In this document: positions 20,076-31,139 of the stretch, one piece after another | Layout of the letters: each line of letters opens with the position of its first letter | Position numbering within the stretch: the first letter of the stretch is position 1 | Position numbers and translations under genes: made by a program | Notes under the pieces: model-generated | Told to the model about the DNA's origin: nothing | The model's input: the letters and a program-made list of their open reading frames with translations, nothing else | Database searches by the model: none | Source of the DNA: an uncultured Dorea sp. | Lineage (GTDB): Bacteria > Bacillota > Clostridia > Lachnospirales > Lachnospiraceae | Length of the DNA: 64,000 nt | NCBI GenBank assembly: GCA_947063855.1 | Contig: CAMSTW010000004.1 | Span: forward strand, 6,677-70,676 | Reading direction: 5' to 3'

Positions 20076-21016
20076 GCTTTATTGTATCTGCCCATGACCA
20101 CACGGTCAAGCCCTGACAAATCTTTTCTGACCGTCACATCCTGATATCCATGACTCATCATCAGCCCTGCCACGTCCTTCCCCTGGCCGCATCCAATCTC
20201 GAATAATAAATACCCTCCGTCAGCTATATATGCAGTGCTGTCTCTTACAATCCTTCTGTAAAAATACAGCCCGTCCTCCCCGCCGTCCAGGGCAATCCGC
20301 GGGTCATGGACACGTACCTCTTCCTGGAGGCTTTCAATTTCCGCTGTGCATATATAAGGAGGATTCGAGACGATTATATCATACCGCTGTGCATCTTTGG
20401 CGCTTAATATATCCCGCGAACCAAACAAATCGGACTGTATCCACTTCGCGTCCACACCAAGCCGTCCTGCATTCTTCTTCGCCACTTCCAGCGCTTCTTC
20501 CGAGATATCGCATCCGACGCCCTCTGCCTGCGGGCAAAGCTTCAAAATGCTAAGGAGAATACAGCCGGATCCTGTACACATATCCAGAACCCTCACCTTT
20601 CCGTATTCCGGGCTCCCGCATATCTGCGCACCTTCCTCATCTCCACCGGCAGACTCTCCCAAAACGGCTGTCTGCAAAATAATCCCCACGGCCTCTTCCA
20701 CCAGCGTCTCCGTATCCTGACGCGGAATCAGCACATGCGCATCCACATAGAAAGGATATCCCATGAACTCCTGCTCTCCGGTAATATGCTGCAGCGGAAT
20801 CCGCTTCCCGCGCGTGCCGATATATTCCATATACTGCCTTGCCTGCCGTTCATCCACGATCCGGTCCGGCTCTCCATAATAAGAGGCCCGGCTGATACCG
20901 GTCGTATATTCCAGCAGATACCACGCGTCCAGAGCCGCCTCTTCAATACCTGCCGTCTTAAGGTATTCCGTTCCTTCCTCAATGATCTGCCGCAGTGTGA
21001 AAATTCTCTGCTTCAT
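20072..21016 (-). CDS. prmC: Release factor glutamine methyltransferase
   Basis: PLQHITG, VLIPRQDTE, LDMCTGSGCI, SNPPY; adjacent to prfA. Confidence 0.93.
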   Translation of the reverse strand: MKQRIFTLRQIIEEGTEYLKTAGIEEAALDAWYLLEYTTGISRASYYGEPDRIVDERQARQYMEYIGTRGKRIPLQHITGEQEFMGYPFYVDAHVLIPRQDTETLVEEAVGIILQTAVLGESAGGDEEGAQICGSPEYGKVRVLDMCTGSGCILLSILKLCPQAEGVGCDISEEALEVAKKNAGRLGVDAKWIQSDLFGSRDILSAKDAQRYDIIVSNPPYICTAEIESLQEEVRVHDPRIALDGGEDGLYFYRRIVRDSTAYIADGGYLLFEIGCGQGKDVAGLMMSHGYQDVTVRKDLSGLDRVVMGRYNKA

Positions 21017-21914
21017 ATGCTCTCCAATCAAATACCGCCTCTACAGCCTGTATCGCTACCTCTATCATGCTGTCGTCAGGCTCCTTCGTCGTCAGCTTCT
21101 GGATGGCTAATCCCGGCTTACTGAACAGATTCACCACCGGATTGTCACTGCGTCCCGCAAGCTTCAGAAACTCATAGGAAATCCCGGCAATTACCGGCAG
21201 TAACGCGATCCGGATCACAATCCGCATAAGCGGAGTCTCCGCCCGGACCAGAACTAGCATGATGATACTGATGGCAAGCACAAGAAACAGGAAACTGGTC
21301 CCGCACCTCTTATGCTGCCTGGAACTGATCCTTACATTCTCCACCGTAAGGGGCAGTCCATGTTCGATACAATTGATACACTTATGCTCCGCGCCATGAT
21401 ACATAAAGGTTCTCTGGATATCCTTCATCCTTGAGATCAGCAGCACATACAGTATGAAGATGCCAATCCTCATAAACCCCTCAATCACTGTGCGCACGCT
21501 ATAAGAAGGGATATATCTCTTAAGCAGAGACGACAGGAAATAGGGAAGCACCATGAAGATCGCGACAGCCATCACTATGGAAAATGCAACAGTCACTCCC
21601 ATCAGCAGGCTCTCCGTCTTCTCCTGCTTCTTAGCCTCTGATTCTGTCAGCTCTGCCTCTTCTTCCTCCTCAAAGAAACTGGCTGAATAGGTCAGCGTCT
21701 TCATGCCTAATACCATAGAATCTATAAAGTTAAACACACCTCTGATAAAGGGAATCTGCGTAAGCCTCTTCCATCGGTGTACAATACTCTTATAAGTCTC
21801 CTTCCAGACAACGATCTCACCGTCCGGCTTGCGCACTGCAACGGCATAATCATCCTTATGCTTCATCATGATTCCTTCCAGTACCGCCTGGCCGCCTATA
21901 TTAGATGACTTCAT
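20979..21914 (-). CDS. DUF1385 domain membrane protein
   Basis: IGGQAVLEGIMM, YHGAEHK, RCGTSF, TTKEP motifs; usual rpmE-DUF1385-prmC context. Confidence 0.88.
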   Translation of the reverse strand: MKSSNIGGQAVLEGIMMKHKDDYAVAVRKPDGEIVVWKETYKSIVHRWKRLTQIPFIRGVFNFIDSMVLGMKTLTYSASFFEEEEEAELTESEAKKQEKTESLLMGVTVAFSIVMAVAIFMVLPYFLSSLLKRYIPSYSVRTVIEGFMRIGIFILYVLLISRMKDIQRTFMYHGAEHKCINCIEHGLPLTVENVRISSRQHKRCGTSFLFLVLAISIIMLVLVRAETPLMRIVIRIALLPVIAGISYEFLKLAGRSDNPVVNLFSKPGLAIQKLTTKEPDDSMIEVAIQAVEAVFDWRAYEAENFHTAADH

Positions 21915-21990
21915 ATATCTCTCTATCTCTCCTCTTTTTCGTGTAACCGGATCTGTCCTCAGGAACTGTCCGGAAATACTATCTACGCCA

Positions 21991-22070
21991 GAGCGTGTTT
22001 GAACATTCATTCCTGCAGTCTGACGCAGATTGGGACGACATCTTGCAGAAAACAATTTTCAAACACGCTC
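21991..22070. mobile_element. Miniature inverted-repeat element, family B (80 bp)
   Basis: 13-bp perfect terminal inverted repeats gagcgtgtttgaa / ttcaaacacgctc. Confidence 0.6.
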
Positions 22071-22101
22071 AAAAAGGGTTGAGATTATACAACCTCAACC
22101 C
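22071..22101 (-). terminator. rpmE intrinsic terminator
   Basis: Minus strand gggttgag..ctcaaccc followed by TTTTT. Confidence 0.75.
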
Positions 22102-22114
22102 GATACTTGTAATA

Positions 22115-22318
22115 CTATTTACCCATTCCGTATTTCTTATTGAACTTATCAACACGGCCGCGAGCCTGAGCGGCTTTCTGCTGTCCGGTATAGAACGGAT
22201 GGCACTTGGAACAGATCTCCACGTGGATATCTTCCTTTGTGGAACCTGTTACGAATGTATTGCCACAGTTACAAGTTACAGTTGCCTGATGGTATGTTGG
22301 ATGTATTCCTTCTTTCAC
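22115..22318 (-). CDS. rpmE: 50S ribosomal protein L31 (Zn-binding type)
   Basis: (M)[27 protein letters not shown]; GTG start after GAGGTG. Confidence 0.95.
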   Translation of the reverse strand: MKEGIHPTYHQATVTCNCGNTFVTGSTKEDIHVEICSKCHPFYTGQQKAAQARGRVDKFNKKYGMGK

Positions 22319-22395
22319 GATTTTCACCTCTTCTTGATTTATTTTCCGCAAGCACAATGCTGCGCCACTAAATTCGTTTTCTAAACAGCGTTGTT

Positions 22396-22424
22396 ATTGT
22401 ACCACAAAAGCGCCATGTTGTCTA
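22396..22424 (-). promoter_or_regulatory. Sigma70-type promoter for rpmE
   Basis: TAGACA-17 bp-TACAAT with extended -10 TG. Confidence 0.6.
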
Positions 22425-23759
22425 GATGATTTTTGTCTTTTTTACCATTTGAATCAGTTCTGCGTTGTTGCGGGTCCTGCTGTACATATTCAGGATATTC
22501 TCCACAGCCTCATCTGCACGCATACCGTTGAGGGCGCGGCGCATCGTATCGACTGCTTCCTGCTCTTCTCTTGACAGAAGGAGGTCTTCTCTTCGGGTTC
22601 CTGACTGTGGGATATCAATCGCCGGGAATACCCGCTTCTCAGACAGCTTCCGGTCTAATACAAGCTCCATGTTACCGGTTCCCTTGAACTCCTCGTAGAT
22701 CACGTCGTCCATCTTGCTTCCGGTATTGACAAGCGCCGTCGCAAGTATCGTAAGACTTCCGCCGCCACGCATATTTCTCGCCGCGCCAAAGAATCTCTTG
22801 GGCATGTGCAGAGCCGCCGGGTCAAGACCGCCGGACAGCGTACGCCCTGAAGGCGGAACCGTCAGGTTATACGCCCTTGCCAGACGTGTGATACTGTCCA
22901 GAAGGATCATTACATCCTTCTTATGCTCTACCAGACGCTTCGCGCGTTCAATCACCATCTCCGACACACGCTTGTGATGCTCCGGCAGTTCGTCAAACGT
23001 AGAATAGATAACCTCGACATTATCTCCCTCTATGGTCTCCTTGATGTCCGTTACTTCCTCCGGCCGCTCGTCGATCAGCAGGATCAGAAGATGGATCTCC
23101 GGATTATTCTTGCGTACCGATAAGGCCACCTGCTTCAGAAGCGTCGTCTTACCTGCCTTAGGAGGCGACACGATCATACCTCTCTGCCCCTTGCCAATCG
23201 GCGACAGAAGATCTACGATCCTCATGGCAGTGCTTGTCTTCCCGCACTCCATACGAAGCCGCTCATCCGGGAAGATTGGCGTCATGTCTTCAAAATTCGT
23301 CCTCCGCATTGCTTTCATCGGGTCTATGTTATTAATCTTAGTCAAATATAGCAGTGCACTGAACTTCTCCTGCTGTGTCTTGATACGTGTATGTCCTTCC
23401 AGAATATCCCCAGTCTTAAGATTAAACTTGCGAATCTGTGACGGAGACACATATACGTCGTTCTCCCCCGGCAGATAATTCGCGCTCCGGATAAACCCGT
23501 ATCCGTCCGGCAGTACCTCCAGGATCCCGCAGGCCGTAATCCCGCTGTCAAGCCTGTCTATATCATGAACCTCTTTATCTCCTGTATTCGCAGACATCTC
23601 CTTGACGGCTTCCCTCGACGCCTGCTTCTCCTTCTCATCCTCTTCTAGCATACGCTCAACCAGCTCCGCTTTCTTCATCGTAGATATCCCCTTCAGGCCT
23701 CTTGCTTTGGCAAGGTCCTTGAGCGTAGATAGCGGCAATGATTCATACTTTTCTCTCAT
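22422..23759 (-). CDS. rho: Transcription termination factor Rho
   Basis: [49 protein letters not shown]. Confidence 0.96.
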   Translation of the reverse strand: MREKYESLPLSTLKDLAKARGLKGISTMKKAELVERMLEEDEKEKQASREAVKEMSANTGDKEVHDIDRLDSGITACGILEVLPDGYGFIRSANYLPGENDVYVSPSQIRKFNLKTGDILEGHTRIKTQQEKFSALLYLTKINNIDPMKAMRRTNFEDMTPIFPDERLRMECGKTSTAMRIVDLLSPIGKGQRGMIVSPPKAGKTTLLKQVALSVRKNNPEIHLLILLIDERPEEVTDIKETIEGDNVEVIYSTFDELPEHHKRVSEMVIERAKRLVEHKKDVMILLDSITRLARAYNLTVPPSGRTLSGGLDPAALHMPKRFFGAARNMRGGGSLTILATALVNTGSKMDDVIYEEFKGTGNMELVLDRKLSEKRVFPAIDIPQSGTRREDLLLSREEQEAVDTMRRALNGMRADEAVENILNMYSRTRNNAELIQMVKKTKII

Positions 23760-24022
23760 CAATAAACGATCCTTTCCTGTTTTTAATTTTCCAATCATAT
23801 ACTAAATATCTGACATACCAATATCTATATATACTCTCACTGGGATTGAGGGGCCTGAAACGACCCAGCTGGAATTAGATGTTATTATACTACATTTATT
23901 GGAAATTTAAAAGCCTTTTTATTGATTTGATTCCATTTGGATGATATGATAAATACAGTTTGATTCTGAAAGGCGGCAGAGAAGTACTCAGGCACGACAG
24001 GATTTTCCCGAAAGGAGACGAT

Positions 24023-24955
24023 ATGGCCATATACTGGGGTGAGAAGCGGTATTATTCTCTTGATTATTACCTGAAGCAGACTTACGGACGAAAGATCTAT
24101 AAGATATCACTGGACGCGGGAATGACCTGTCCCAACCGGGACGGTACGTCCGGTTTCCGGGGATGTATATTCTGCAGCCAGGGCGGCTCCGGTGATTTTG
24201 CCGCTGACCGTAAGCTTCCCATCACCAGGCAGCTTGAGCAGGGCAGGTCCCAGATCCGGCAGAAGTATCCGGGCTCCTCCTATATCGCTTACTTTCAGGC
24301 ATACACGAATACCTACGCCCCGGTCTCTTATCTCAGAAAAGTATTTACCGAAGCCATCCGGCATCCGGACGTAGAGATTCTGGACATCGCCACGCGTCCT
24401 GACTGTCTTGGCAGGGAAGTTCTGGCGCTGCTTCATGAACTGAACCAGATCAAACCCGTGTGGGTGGAGCTTGGCCTTCAGACTATCCATCCAAAGAGCG
24501 CCGGTTTCATACGCAGAGGCTACGAACTTCCTGTATTCGATCAGGCGGTCCGCGATCTGCGAAGGCTTCACATTCCGGTTATCGTCCATACCATCCTCGG
24601 ACTTCCCGGAGAAGATATGGAACAGATGCTTGCCACCGTCCGATATCTGAATGCGCAGGATATCCAGGGGATCAAATTCCAGTTACTACATATATTAGAG
24701 CAGACGGACCTTGCCGCATATTACAAGATGCATCCCTTCCCTCTTCCTGATATGGAAGAATATTTTGAGATCATCGGCAATTGTCTGTGTACTCTGCGGC
24801 CCGATATCGTCGTACACCGGCTCACCGGCGACGGCCCTAAGCCGCTTCTGATCGCTCCGCTTTGGACAGGCGGCAAACGTCAGGTACTGAACCAGATGCA
24901 TGCCTATCTGAAAAGGCACGACCTCTGGCAGGGTAAGACATTTTCTGCCAGTTAA
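24023..24955 (+). CDS. TIGR01212-family radical SAM protein (YhcC-like)
   Basis: CPNRDG..G..GCIFC, YFQAYTNTY, TRPDC, VELGLQT. Confidence 0.88.
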   Translation: MAIYWGEKRYYSLDYYLKQTYGRKIYKISLDAGMTCPNRDGTSGFRGCIFCSQGGSGDFAADRKLPITRQLEQGRSQIRQKYPGSSYIAYFQAYTNTYAPVSYLRKVFTEAIRHPDVEILDIATRPDCLGREVLALLHELNQIKPVWVELGLQTIHPKSAGFIRRGYELPVFDQAVRDLRRLHIPVIVHTILGLPGEDMEQMLATVRYLNAQDIQGIKFQLLHILEQTDLAAYYKMHPFPLPDMEEYFEIIGNCLCTLRPDIVVHRLTGDGPKPLLIAPLWTGGKRQVLNQMHAYLKRHDLWQGKTFSAS

Positions 24956-25061
24956 TTTTGTATACACAATACCGGCCTCTAATTTTCAACACACGTGTTG
25001 TCACAAAAGAAGATCAAGAATTAATGCAATGCTGTACTAGAAACCAAGAAAGGAACTGACT

Positions 25062-25574
25062 ATGGATACACCTTCAAAATTGTACAAGCTTATCATCCTG
25101 TATATGCTGAACCGGGTGGATTTCCCGCTGACGAATTCACAGATCTCCGAATTTATTCTGGATGAGGGCTACACTACCTATTTTAAGCTTCAGCAGGCGA
25201 TTGCCGAGCTGATTGAGTCCGGATTTGTCCGGGAGGAGGCCACGCACAACAGGACCTTCTATCATATCACCGAGGAAGGCGCCGAGACCGTATACTATTT
25301 CAAGAACGACATCTCCCGCGCCATTCAGGACGACATCAATGCTTTCCTGCAGAAGAAAAAATACGAACTGAAAAATGAAGTGTCTGTCAAATCTGACTAT
25401 TACCGTAATTCGAATATGGAATACTCTGTCAGATGCCAGGTGATCGAACAGCGGATGCCCTTGATCGATCTGACGGTGACGGCGCCGACCGAGGCGGAGG
25501 CTGAAACCATCGCCAACAACTGGACGAAGAAGAATCAGGAGATCTACGCCATGATCATGGCGCAGCTTCTGTGA
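25062..25574 (+). CDS. DUF4364 family protein
   Basis: LYKLIILYML..VDFPLTNSQIS..IL...YT.YF..Q winged-helix-like N-terminus. Confidence 0.75.
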   Translation: MDTPSKLYKLIILYMLNRVDFPLTNSQISEFILDEGYTTYFKLQQAIAELIESGFVREEATHNRTFYHITEEGAETVYYFKNDISRAIQDDINAFLQKKKYELKNEVSVKSDYYRNSNMEYSVRCQVIEQRMPLIDLTVTAPTEAEAETIANNWTKKNQEIYAMIMAQLL

Positions 25575-25663
25575 TTACAGGCTTATCCGGAACCTTCCAA
25601 TGCTTCTGGGAGCAGGGATGGAAAATTCCGAAATACACAGAATTATAAAGGAGCAGCAACCAT

Positions 25664-26215
25664 ATGAAAACAAAAAAAATAAGTGATCTGTATATTAGTT
25701 TCTTTAAGATCGGCGGCCTCACCTTCGGCGGAGGGCTCGCCATGCTTCCCATGCTGCAGCGGGAAGTCGTAAAGAAGCATGAGTGGTGCACAGAAGAAGA
25801 GCTTTTGGACATATATGCCATCGGGCAGTGTACCCCCGGTATCATCGCCGTCAATACTGCAACCTACGTAGGCTATCAACAGGCGGGCTTCTTAGGCAGC
25901 GTGGCCGGGACTCTTGGCATGGTATCCCCGTCCCTTATCATCATATGCCTGGTTGCGTCAATTCTTAATAATTTCATCCATATGCCGGTGGTGCTCCACG
26001 CACTTGCCGGAATCCGGATTGTCGTATGCGCTCTGATGCTGAACACAGTCTTTACCATGGCCAAAAAGGGGATTATTGACAGATTAGGCGCTTTGGTATT
26101 TGTGATTGCGTTTCTTCTGGCATGCTTTACTCCGGTTCCGACTGCCGTGGTCATCGTCCTTGCCGGACTTACCGGAATCATCGCCAAATATTTTGAAAGG
26201 AGGCGTTCCGCATGA
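25664..26215 (+). CDS. Chromate transporter family (short-chain CHR), subunit 1
   Basis: FFKIG..TFGGG.AM, GQCTPG.IAVN.AT. Confidence 0.88.
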   Translation: MKTKKISDLYISFFKIGGLTFGGGLAMLPMLQREVVKKHEWCTEEELLDIYAIGQCTPGIIAVNTATYVGYQQAGFLGSVAGTLGMVSPSLIIICLVASILNNFIHMPVVLHALAGIRIVVCALMLNTVFTMAKKGIIDRLGALVFVIAFLLACFTPVPTAVVIVLAGLTGIIAKYFERRRSA

Positions 26216-26766
26216 TATATCTGATCCTTGCATATGAATTCTTTAAGATTGGTCTGTTCTCCATCGGAGGCGGCATGGCGACCCTTCCTTTCCTGATGGA
26301 TCTGACCGGCAAATATGACTGGTTTACCATAAGTGAACTTACGAATATGGTTGCAATCAGTGAGAGCACCCCGGGCCCCGTGGGAATCAACATGGCAACC
26401 TATGCAGGCTACAACGCCGCCGGCGTTGCGGGTGCGATCGTAGCCACCCTTGCCCTTACGGCCCCCGCCTGGATCATCATCATCCTGATTGCGAAATTTC
26501 TTGAGAACTTCAGCGAGAATAAGCATGTAAAAGCCGCTTTCTACGGCATCCGCCCGGCTGTCGCCGCCCTGATCGGATATGCAGTGTGGGAACTGCTTAA
26601 GATTGCGCTTGTATCGGCTGCTGAGGGGAAGATTCAGGTGAATATGGTAAACGCCGTCGTCTGCGTAGGTGCATTTGCCCTTCTGCAGATTAAGAAGCTT
26701 GGGAAGCTGCATCCACTGGTGTGGATCGCGGCGGGCGCCTGTGTGGGGATTGTGCTTCGGATGTGA
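26212..26766 (+). CDS. Chromate transporter family (short-chain CHR), subunit 2
   Basis: FFKIGLFSIGGG, SESTPGPVGINMATY; ATGA overlap with partner. Confidence 0.88.
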   Translation: MIYLILAYEFFKIGLFSIGGGMATLPFLMDLTGKYDWFTISELTNMVAISESTPGPVGINMATYAGYNAAGVAGAIVATLALTAPAWIIIILIAKFLENFSENKHVKAAFYGIRPAVAALIGYAVWELLKIALVSAAEGKIQVNMVNAVVCVGAFALLQIKKLGKLHPLVWIAAGACVGIVLRM

Positions 26767-26931
26767 GAACGGACGCAGGTGCAAAGGAGGGGATGCCGCA
26801 AGACATCCCCAAAGATTGGATCCCCCATGTATGCAATGTTGTTTACTATCATTGACGCCAAATGAAATTACTTTCCGAATAGTATTATCATTGCAGTCGT
26901 GTGATTTCCATATTCAAAGCCGCCGCATATC

Positions 26932-28026
26932 TTACTCCAGCAAAAACTCACACATCACCGCATTACTGACATCAATCCCACGCTCTGTCAGCCGTACAAA
27001 ATCACCGGCCTCTTCCATCAACTCCAGCCCATACATCCTCTTTAACACTTTCCCGTAGACCTCTTCCATCCCGCGCCCAAACTCTCCGGCAAACTTCGAT
27101 TTCGACACCCCTTCCATCTTGCGGAGTCCCAGAAACATATACTCTTCCATCTGTTCCTGTATACTTAATATCACCGGCTCTTCTCCATGATTCCATCTCC
27201 GGTTATTCAGAAGCGACGCCGCCCCGGTTCCAATCCCCAGATATTCCGTGCGGTTCCAATAGCCCAGATTATGTCTGCATTCATATCCCGGAAACGCATA
27301 ATTAGAGATTTCATACCGCCGGTAACCATACTCACCCAGAATCTTCTTCGTACTCCGGTACATCTCCCTCTCTTCTTCATCATCCGGCAGTTGAAGTTTA
27401 TCCCGCCCTCCGCCGTATTTTTCATAAAACGGCGTTCCTTCCTCGATGATCAGGCTGTATGCGGAGATATGTTCCGGTCTTAATCCGGCAACTTTCTTAA
27501 GTGTTTCCTCCCATCCAGACAGCCTCTGCCCCGGAATCGCCGACATCAGATCCACATTGATATTCCTGAACCCCGTCTCTCTCGCCAGACGGTATGTATC
27601 AAGAAACTCTTCATAAGTATGGATCCTTCCCAGTATCTTCAATTCTTCATTCTCCGCAGACTGAAGACCAATACTCAGCCGATTGATCCCTGCCTTATGA
27701 TAAGCCTTAAGCTTCTCTTCCGTCACCGTCCCCGGATTCATCTCTATCGTAATCTCCGCGTCTTCATCAAGTACGAATGTATCATGGATAGCATCAAAAA
27801 CAGCGCCTGTCTGTTCTCCTTCCAATATAGAAGGCGTCCCGCCGCCGATAAAAATACTTACAACATGATAAGCCTTAGCCATCTTTCTGTAAGTACGAAT
27901 CTGCCGGCAAAGTTCCGTTACATACTTCTGACGTTCTTCCCCGGCAGAAGGAGCCGACAGGAAATCACAATACAGACATTTCTTAATACAAAAAGGAATA
28001 TGCACATATAATTCTAATGGTTTCAC
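26932..28026 (-). CDS. hemW: Radical SAM heme chaperone HemW (HemN-like)
   Basis: LYVHIPFCIKKCLYCDF, GGGTPS, YEISN, HN..YW; follows lepA. Confidence 0.9.
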   Translation of the reverse strand: MKPLELYVHIPFCIKKCLYCDFLSAPSAGEERQKYVTELCRQIRTYRKMAKAYHVVSIFIGGGTPSILEGEQTGAVFDAIHDTFVLDEDAEITIEMNPGTVTEEKLKAYHKAGINRLSIGLQSAENEELKILGRIHTYEEFLDTYRLARETGFRNINVDLMSAIPGQRLSGWEETLKKVAGLRPEHISAYSLIIEEGTPFYEKYGGGRDKLQLPDDEEEREMYRSTKKILGEYGYRRYEISNYAFPGYECRHNLGYWNRTEYLGIGTGAASLLNNRRWNHGEEPVILSIQEQMEEYMFLGLRKMEGVSKSKFAGEFGRGMEEVYGKVLKRMYGLELMEEAGDFVRLTERGIDVSNAVMCEFLLE

Positions 28027-28041
28027 TGCCTGCTCCTATTA

Positions 28042-29856
28042 TCATTTATCATCCAGCTTCAGCACACTCATAAATGCCTTCTGCGGAATCTCAACATTGC
28101 CCACCTGGCGCATCCGCTTCTTTCCTTCCTTCTGCTTCTCTAAAAGCTTCCTCTTACGGGTGATATCTCCGCCATAGCACTTGGCAAGCACGTCCTTACG
28201 CATCGCCTTGACCGTCTCCCTTGCGATAATCTTGCTGCCAATCGCCGCCTGGATCGGAATCTCAAAGAGCTGTCTTGGGATCTCTTCTTTCAGCTTCTCA
28301 CACATCTTACGTCCGCGCTCATACGCCGTATCCGCGTGAATAATAAAGGATAAGGCATCCACTTCTTCCTTATTGATCAGGATATCCAGTTTCACCAGAT
28401 CAGACTGTACATACTCGTCCATCTCATAGTCAAAAGACGCATATCCTCTGGAGCGCGACTTCAACGCGTCGAAGAAATCATAGATGATCTCGTTAAGCGG
28501 CAGATGATACCGAAGCACCGCACGGGTCTCCTCGATATACTCCATCCCGTCATAGACCCCTCTGCGCTCCTGACACAGATCCATGATTGCCCCGATAAAC
28601 TCCGACGTGACCATGATCTCCGCTTTCACCATAGGCTCTTCCATATACTCAATCTCCGACGGATCCGGAAGATTGGACGGATTGGTAAGCTCGATCACAT
28701 CGCCGTTGGTCTTATGCACCTTATAGATAACCCCCGGAGCCGTCGTCACCAGATCCAGATTATACTCCCGCTCCAGACGCTCCTGGATGATCTCCAGGTG
28801 AAGAAGACCCAGGAAGCCGCAGCGATACCCAAACCCTAACGCAACAGAGGTCTCCGGCTCAAACTGCAGAGACGCATCGTTAAGCTGCAATTTTTCCAAA
28901 GCGTCCCGAAGATCCGGATACTTGGCTCCGTCTGCCGGATACATACCGCAGTATACCATGGGATTCACCTTCTTATATCCCGGAAGCGGTTCTGTACACG
29001 GATTCGACGCATTTGTAATCGTATCTCCGACGCGGGTGTCCTTCACATTCTTAAGACTCGCCGTGATATATCCAACCATGCCTGCGCTAAGCTCGTCACA
29101 GGGAATGAATTGTCCGGCGCCAAAATATCCTACCTCGACAACCTCTGCCTTCGCCCCCGTAGCCATCATAAGAATCGGCGTTCCCTTCTTCACTGTTCCT
29201 TCCTTAATCCTGCAGAACACAATCACTCCCTTATATGAGTCGTATAAAGAATCAAAGATCAATGCCTGCAGAGGCGCCAGCGGATCTCCCTCAGGCGCCG
29301 GAATCTTCTCCACAATCTGCTCTAACACTTCTTCCACATTCAGCCCGGTCTTTGCCGAGATCTGCGGAGCGTCCATCGCCTCGATCCCTATCACATCTTC
29401 GATCTCTTCGATCGCCCTCTCCGGCTCTGCACTTGGAAGGTCAATCTTATTGATCACCGGCATCACGTCCAGATCATGATCAAGCGCCAGATAGACGTTC
29501 GCCAGCGTCTGCGCCTCCACGCCCTGGGCCGCGTCCACGACGAGAATCGCCCCGTCGCACGCCGCAAGGCTTCTGGATACCTCATAGTTAAAATCCACAT
29601 GTCCCGGCGTATCAATCAGGTTAAAGATATACTCTTCCCCGTTCTTCGCCCGGTAGACAATGCGCACCGCCTGCGCCTTGATGGTAATCCCCCGCTCCCG
29701 CTCAAGCTCCATGTTATCTAAGACCTGGGACTGCATCTCCCGGCTGGTCAGAAGCCCCGTCATCTCGATAATACGGTCAGCCAGGGTGGATTTCCCATGG
29801 TCTATATGCGCGATAATACAAAAATTACGAATCTTACTCTGATCTATTCCTGCCAC
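28042..29856 (-). CDS. lepA: Translation elongation factor 4
   Basis: [40 protein letters not shown]; start GTG 29856 or ATG 29865. Confidence 0.97.
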   Translation of the reverse strand: MAGIDQSKIRNFCIIAHIDHGKSTLADRIIEMTGLLTSREMQSQVLDNMELERERGITIKAQAVRIVYRAKNGEEYIFNLIDTPGHVDFNYEVSRSLAACDGAILVVDAAQGVEAQTLANVYLALDHDLDVMPVINKIDLPSAEPERAIEEIEDVIGIEAMDAPQISAKTGLNVEEVLEQIVEKIPAPEGDPLAPLQALIFDSLYDSYKGVIVFCRIKEGTVKKGTPILMMATGAKAEVVEVGYFGAGQFIPCDELSAGMVGYITASLKNVKDTRVGDTITNASNPCTEPLPGYKKVNPMVYCGMYPADGAKYPDLRDALEKLQLNDASLQFEPETSVALGFGYRCGFLGLLHLEIIQERLEREYNLDLVTTAPGVIYKVHKTNGDVIELTNPSNLPDPSEIEYMEEPMVKAEIMVTSEFIGAIMDLCQERRGVYDGMEYIEETRAVLRYHLPLNEIIYDFFDALKSRSRGYASFDYEMDEYVQSDLVKLDILINKEEVDALSFIIHADTAYERGRKMCEKLKEEIPRQLFEIPIQAAIGSKIIARETVKAMRKDVLAKCYGGDITRKRKLLEKQKEGKKRMRQVGNVEIPQKAFMSVLKLDDK

Positions 29857-29931
29857 TGCTATCATTCCCCTTACTTCTTAATGTGTGATATTAAAAACAA
29901 AATTACTTTGCATCCTGCCGCTGCTCCGCCC

Positions 29932-29960
29932 AGTATACCATGCAGAATAAAAATTTACAA
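29932..29960 (-). promoter_or_regulatory. Sigma70-type promoter for lepA
   Basis: TTGTAA-17 bp-TATACT with extended -10 TG. Confidence 0.55.
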
Positions 29961-30014
29961 CAAAAGAAAGCGTAGTACAGCCTTGCACAATCAACGGTGA
30001 CGAAGCTATCATCT

Positions 30015-30068
30015 GGCACAAATCTCCCACAAATTGTGGGGCAAAAAGCAATTTTCTAACACGCTCTA
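30015..30068. mobile_element. Partial copy (one end) of miniature element family B
   Basis: gcaaaaagcaattttctaacacgctc matches 22045..22070 at 23/26; end abuts the holA stop codon. Confidence 0.55.
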
Positions 30069-31136
30069 AGCACTGAACTTCACTATGAATATCTCCACAC
30101 TCATCACATCATTGAGCCGCCCCGTCTTCACCAGCTCTTCCGTACCGGCGGCTTCCTCCATAATCTCACGAAGCTCCGCCCTGCCAAAGGTCCTGCACTG
30201 CTGCATATACTTGCCCGCCACAAATGGATGAAGCTTCGCCGTCTTCGCAATCTGCGCCTTATCATTGCCCCGCTCCATCAGATCCTTCACCTGCAGAAGC
30301 AATCTGAACTGCCGCGCCAGAAGATAGAGGATACGCATGGGCGGCTCCTTTAACGCAAGCAGGTCATAATAATAATTCAAGGCTTTCTTCTGCTGCTTTG
30401 CCGCCACAGCCTCGATCATGTCGAAGATCTTATTGGAAATCTGGGTCGTGCAGATGGCGTCGATATCCTCTACCGTAATCTCTGCCTTCTCATCCTTCTC
30501 TTCATTACCTGCATTACCTGCTTCTCTTCTGTCCCCGCCTTCACGGGCGGCCGTCCCCTCTGACACAGATCCATGCATATCCGGCATAGTATAGGAAAAG
30601 AGCTTCTCCAGTTCCTTCTCCAGATTCTCCATATCCGTCCCGGTCTTGGACACCAGATAACGGGCGGTAGATTCCTTGATCTGCCGCCCTTCCTTCTTCA
30701 CCATTCCCGCGATCCAGTAGAGCAGCGTCTTCTCGTCCTGCCGCCCCATCTCGACGATACGCCCCTTCTCCTTCACCGCCTTATACATCTTCCCCCGCTT
30801 GTCCACTTCATTTTCCACAAACAGAAAGCAGGTGGTCTCCGGTATATTCTTCATATAATCTGCCAGCTCAGGCGCCGCGCTCTTGAAGAAATTCGAATTC
30901 TCCACCACAATCAGACGCCGCCCGGCAAAAAAGGGCATCGTCTCCGCCAGGTCTATAATCTCCGCCGGATTGATTCCTTTTCCTTCATAATAGGCATAAT
31001 TCATCGTGTCCCCGTCCGGCAGCATGGCTTTCGTCATCCGGTCCTTGTACTGCTTCTTCAAATACGCCTCTTCTCCGTACAGAAGATAGACATTCTTGAA
31101 ACTTCCGGACTTGATATCTTCATTCAGACTTTTCAT
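30066..31136 (-). CDS. holA: DNA polymerase III delta subunit
   Basis: VYLLYGEE.YL, AETMPFF, VDKR, ELEKL, IFDMI motifs. Confidence 0.9.
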   Translation of the reverse strand: MKSLNEDIKSGSFKNVYLLYGEEAYLKKQYKDRMTKAMLPDGDTMNYAYYEGKGINPAEIIDLAETMPFFAGRRLIVVENSNFFKSAAPELADYMKNIPETTCFLFVENEVDKRGKMYKAVKEKGRIVEMGRQDEKTLLYWIAGMVKKEGRQIKESTARYLVSKTGTDMENLEKELEKLFSYTMPDMHGSVSEGTAAREGGDRREAGNAGNEEKDEKAEITVEDIDAICTTQISNKIFDMIEAVAAKQQKKALNYYYDLLALKEPPMRILYLLARQFRLLLQVKDLMERGNDKAQIAKTAKLHPFVAGKYMQQCRTFGRAELREIMEEAAGTEELVKTGRLNDVMSVEIFIVKFSA

Positions 31137-31139
31137 GGA

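Noticed and set aside
22319-22390. L31 ribosomal leader RNA
   Set aside because: A small hairpin (cgcagca..tgcttgcg) is present, but I cannot match it to a model without a covariance search
26789-26895. Hairpins between chromate transporter and hemW as a regulatory RNA
   Set aside because: Short or imperfect stems between convergent genes are adequately explained as terminators
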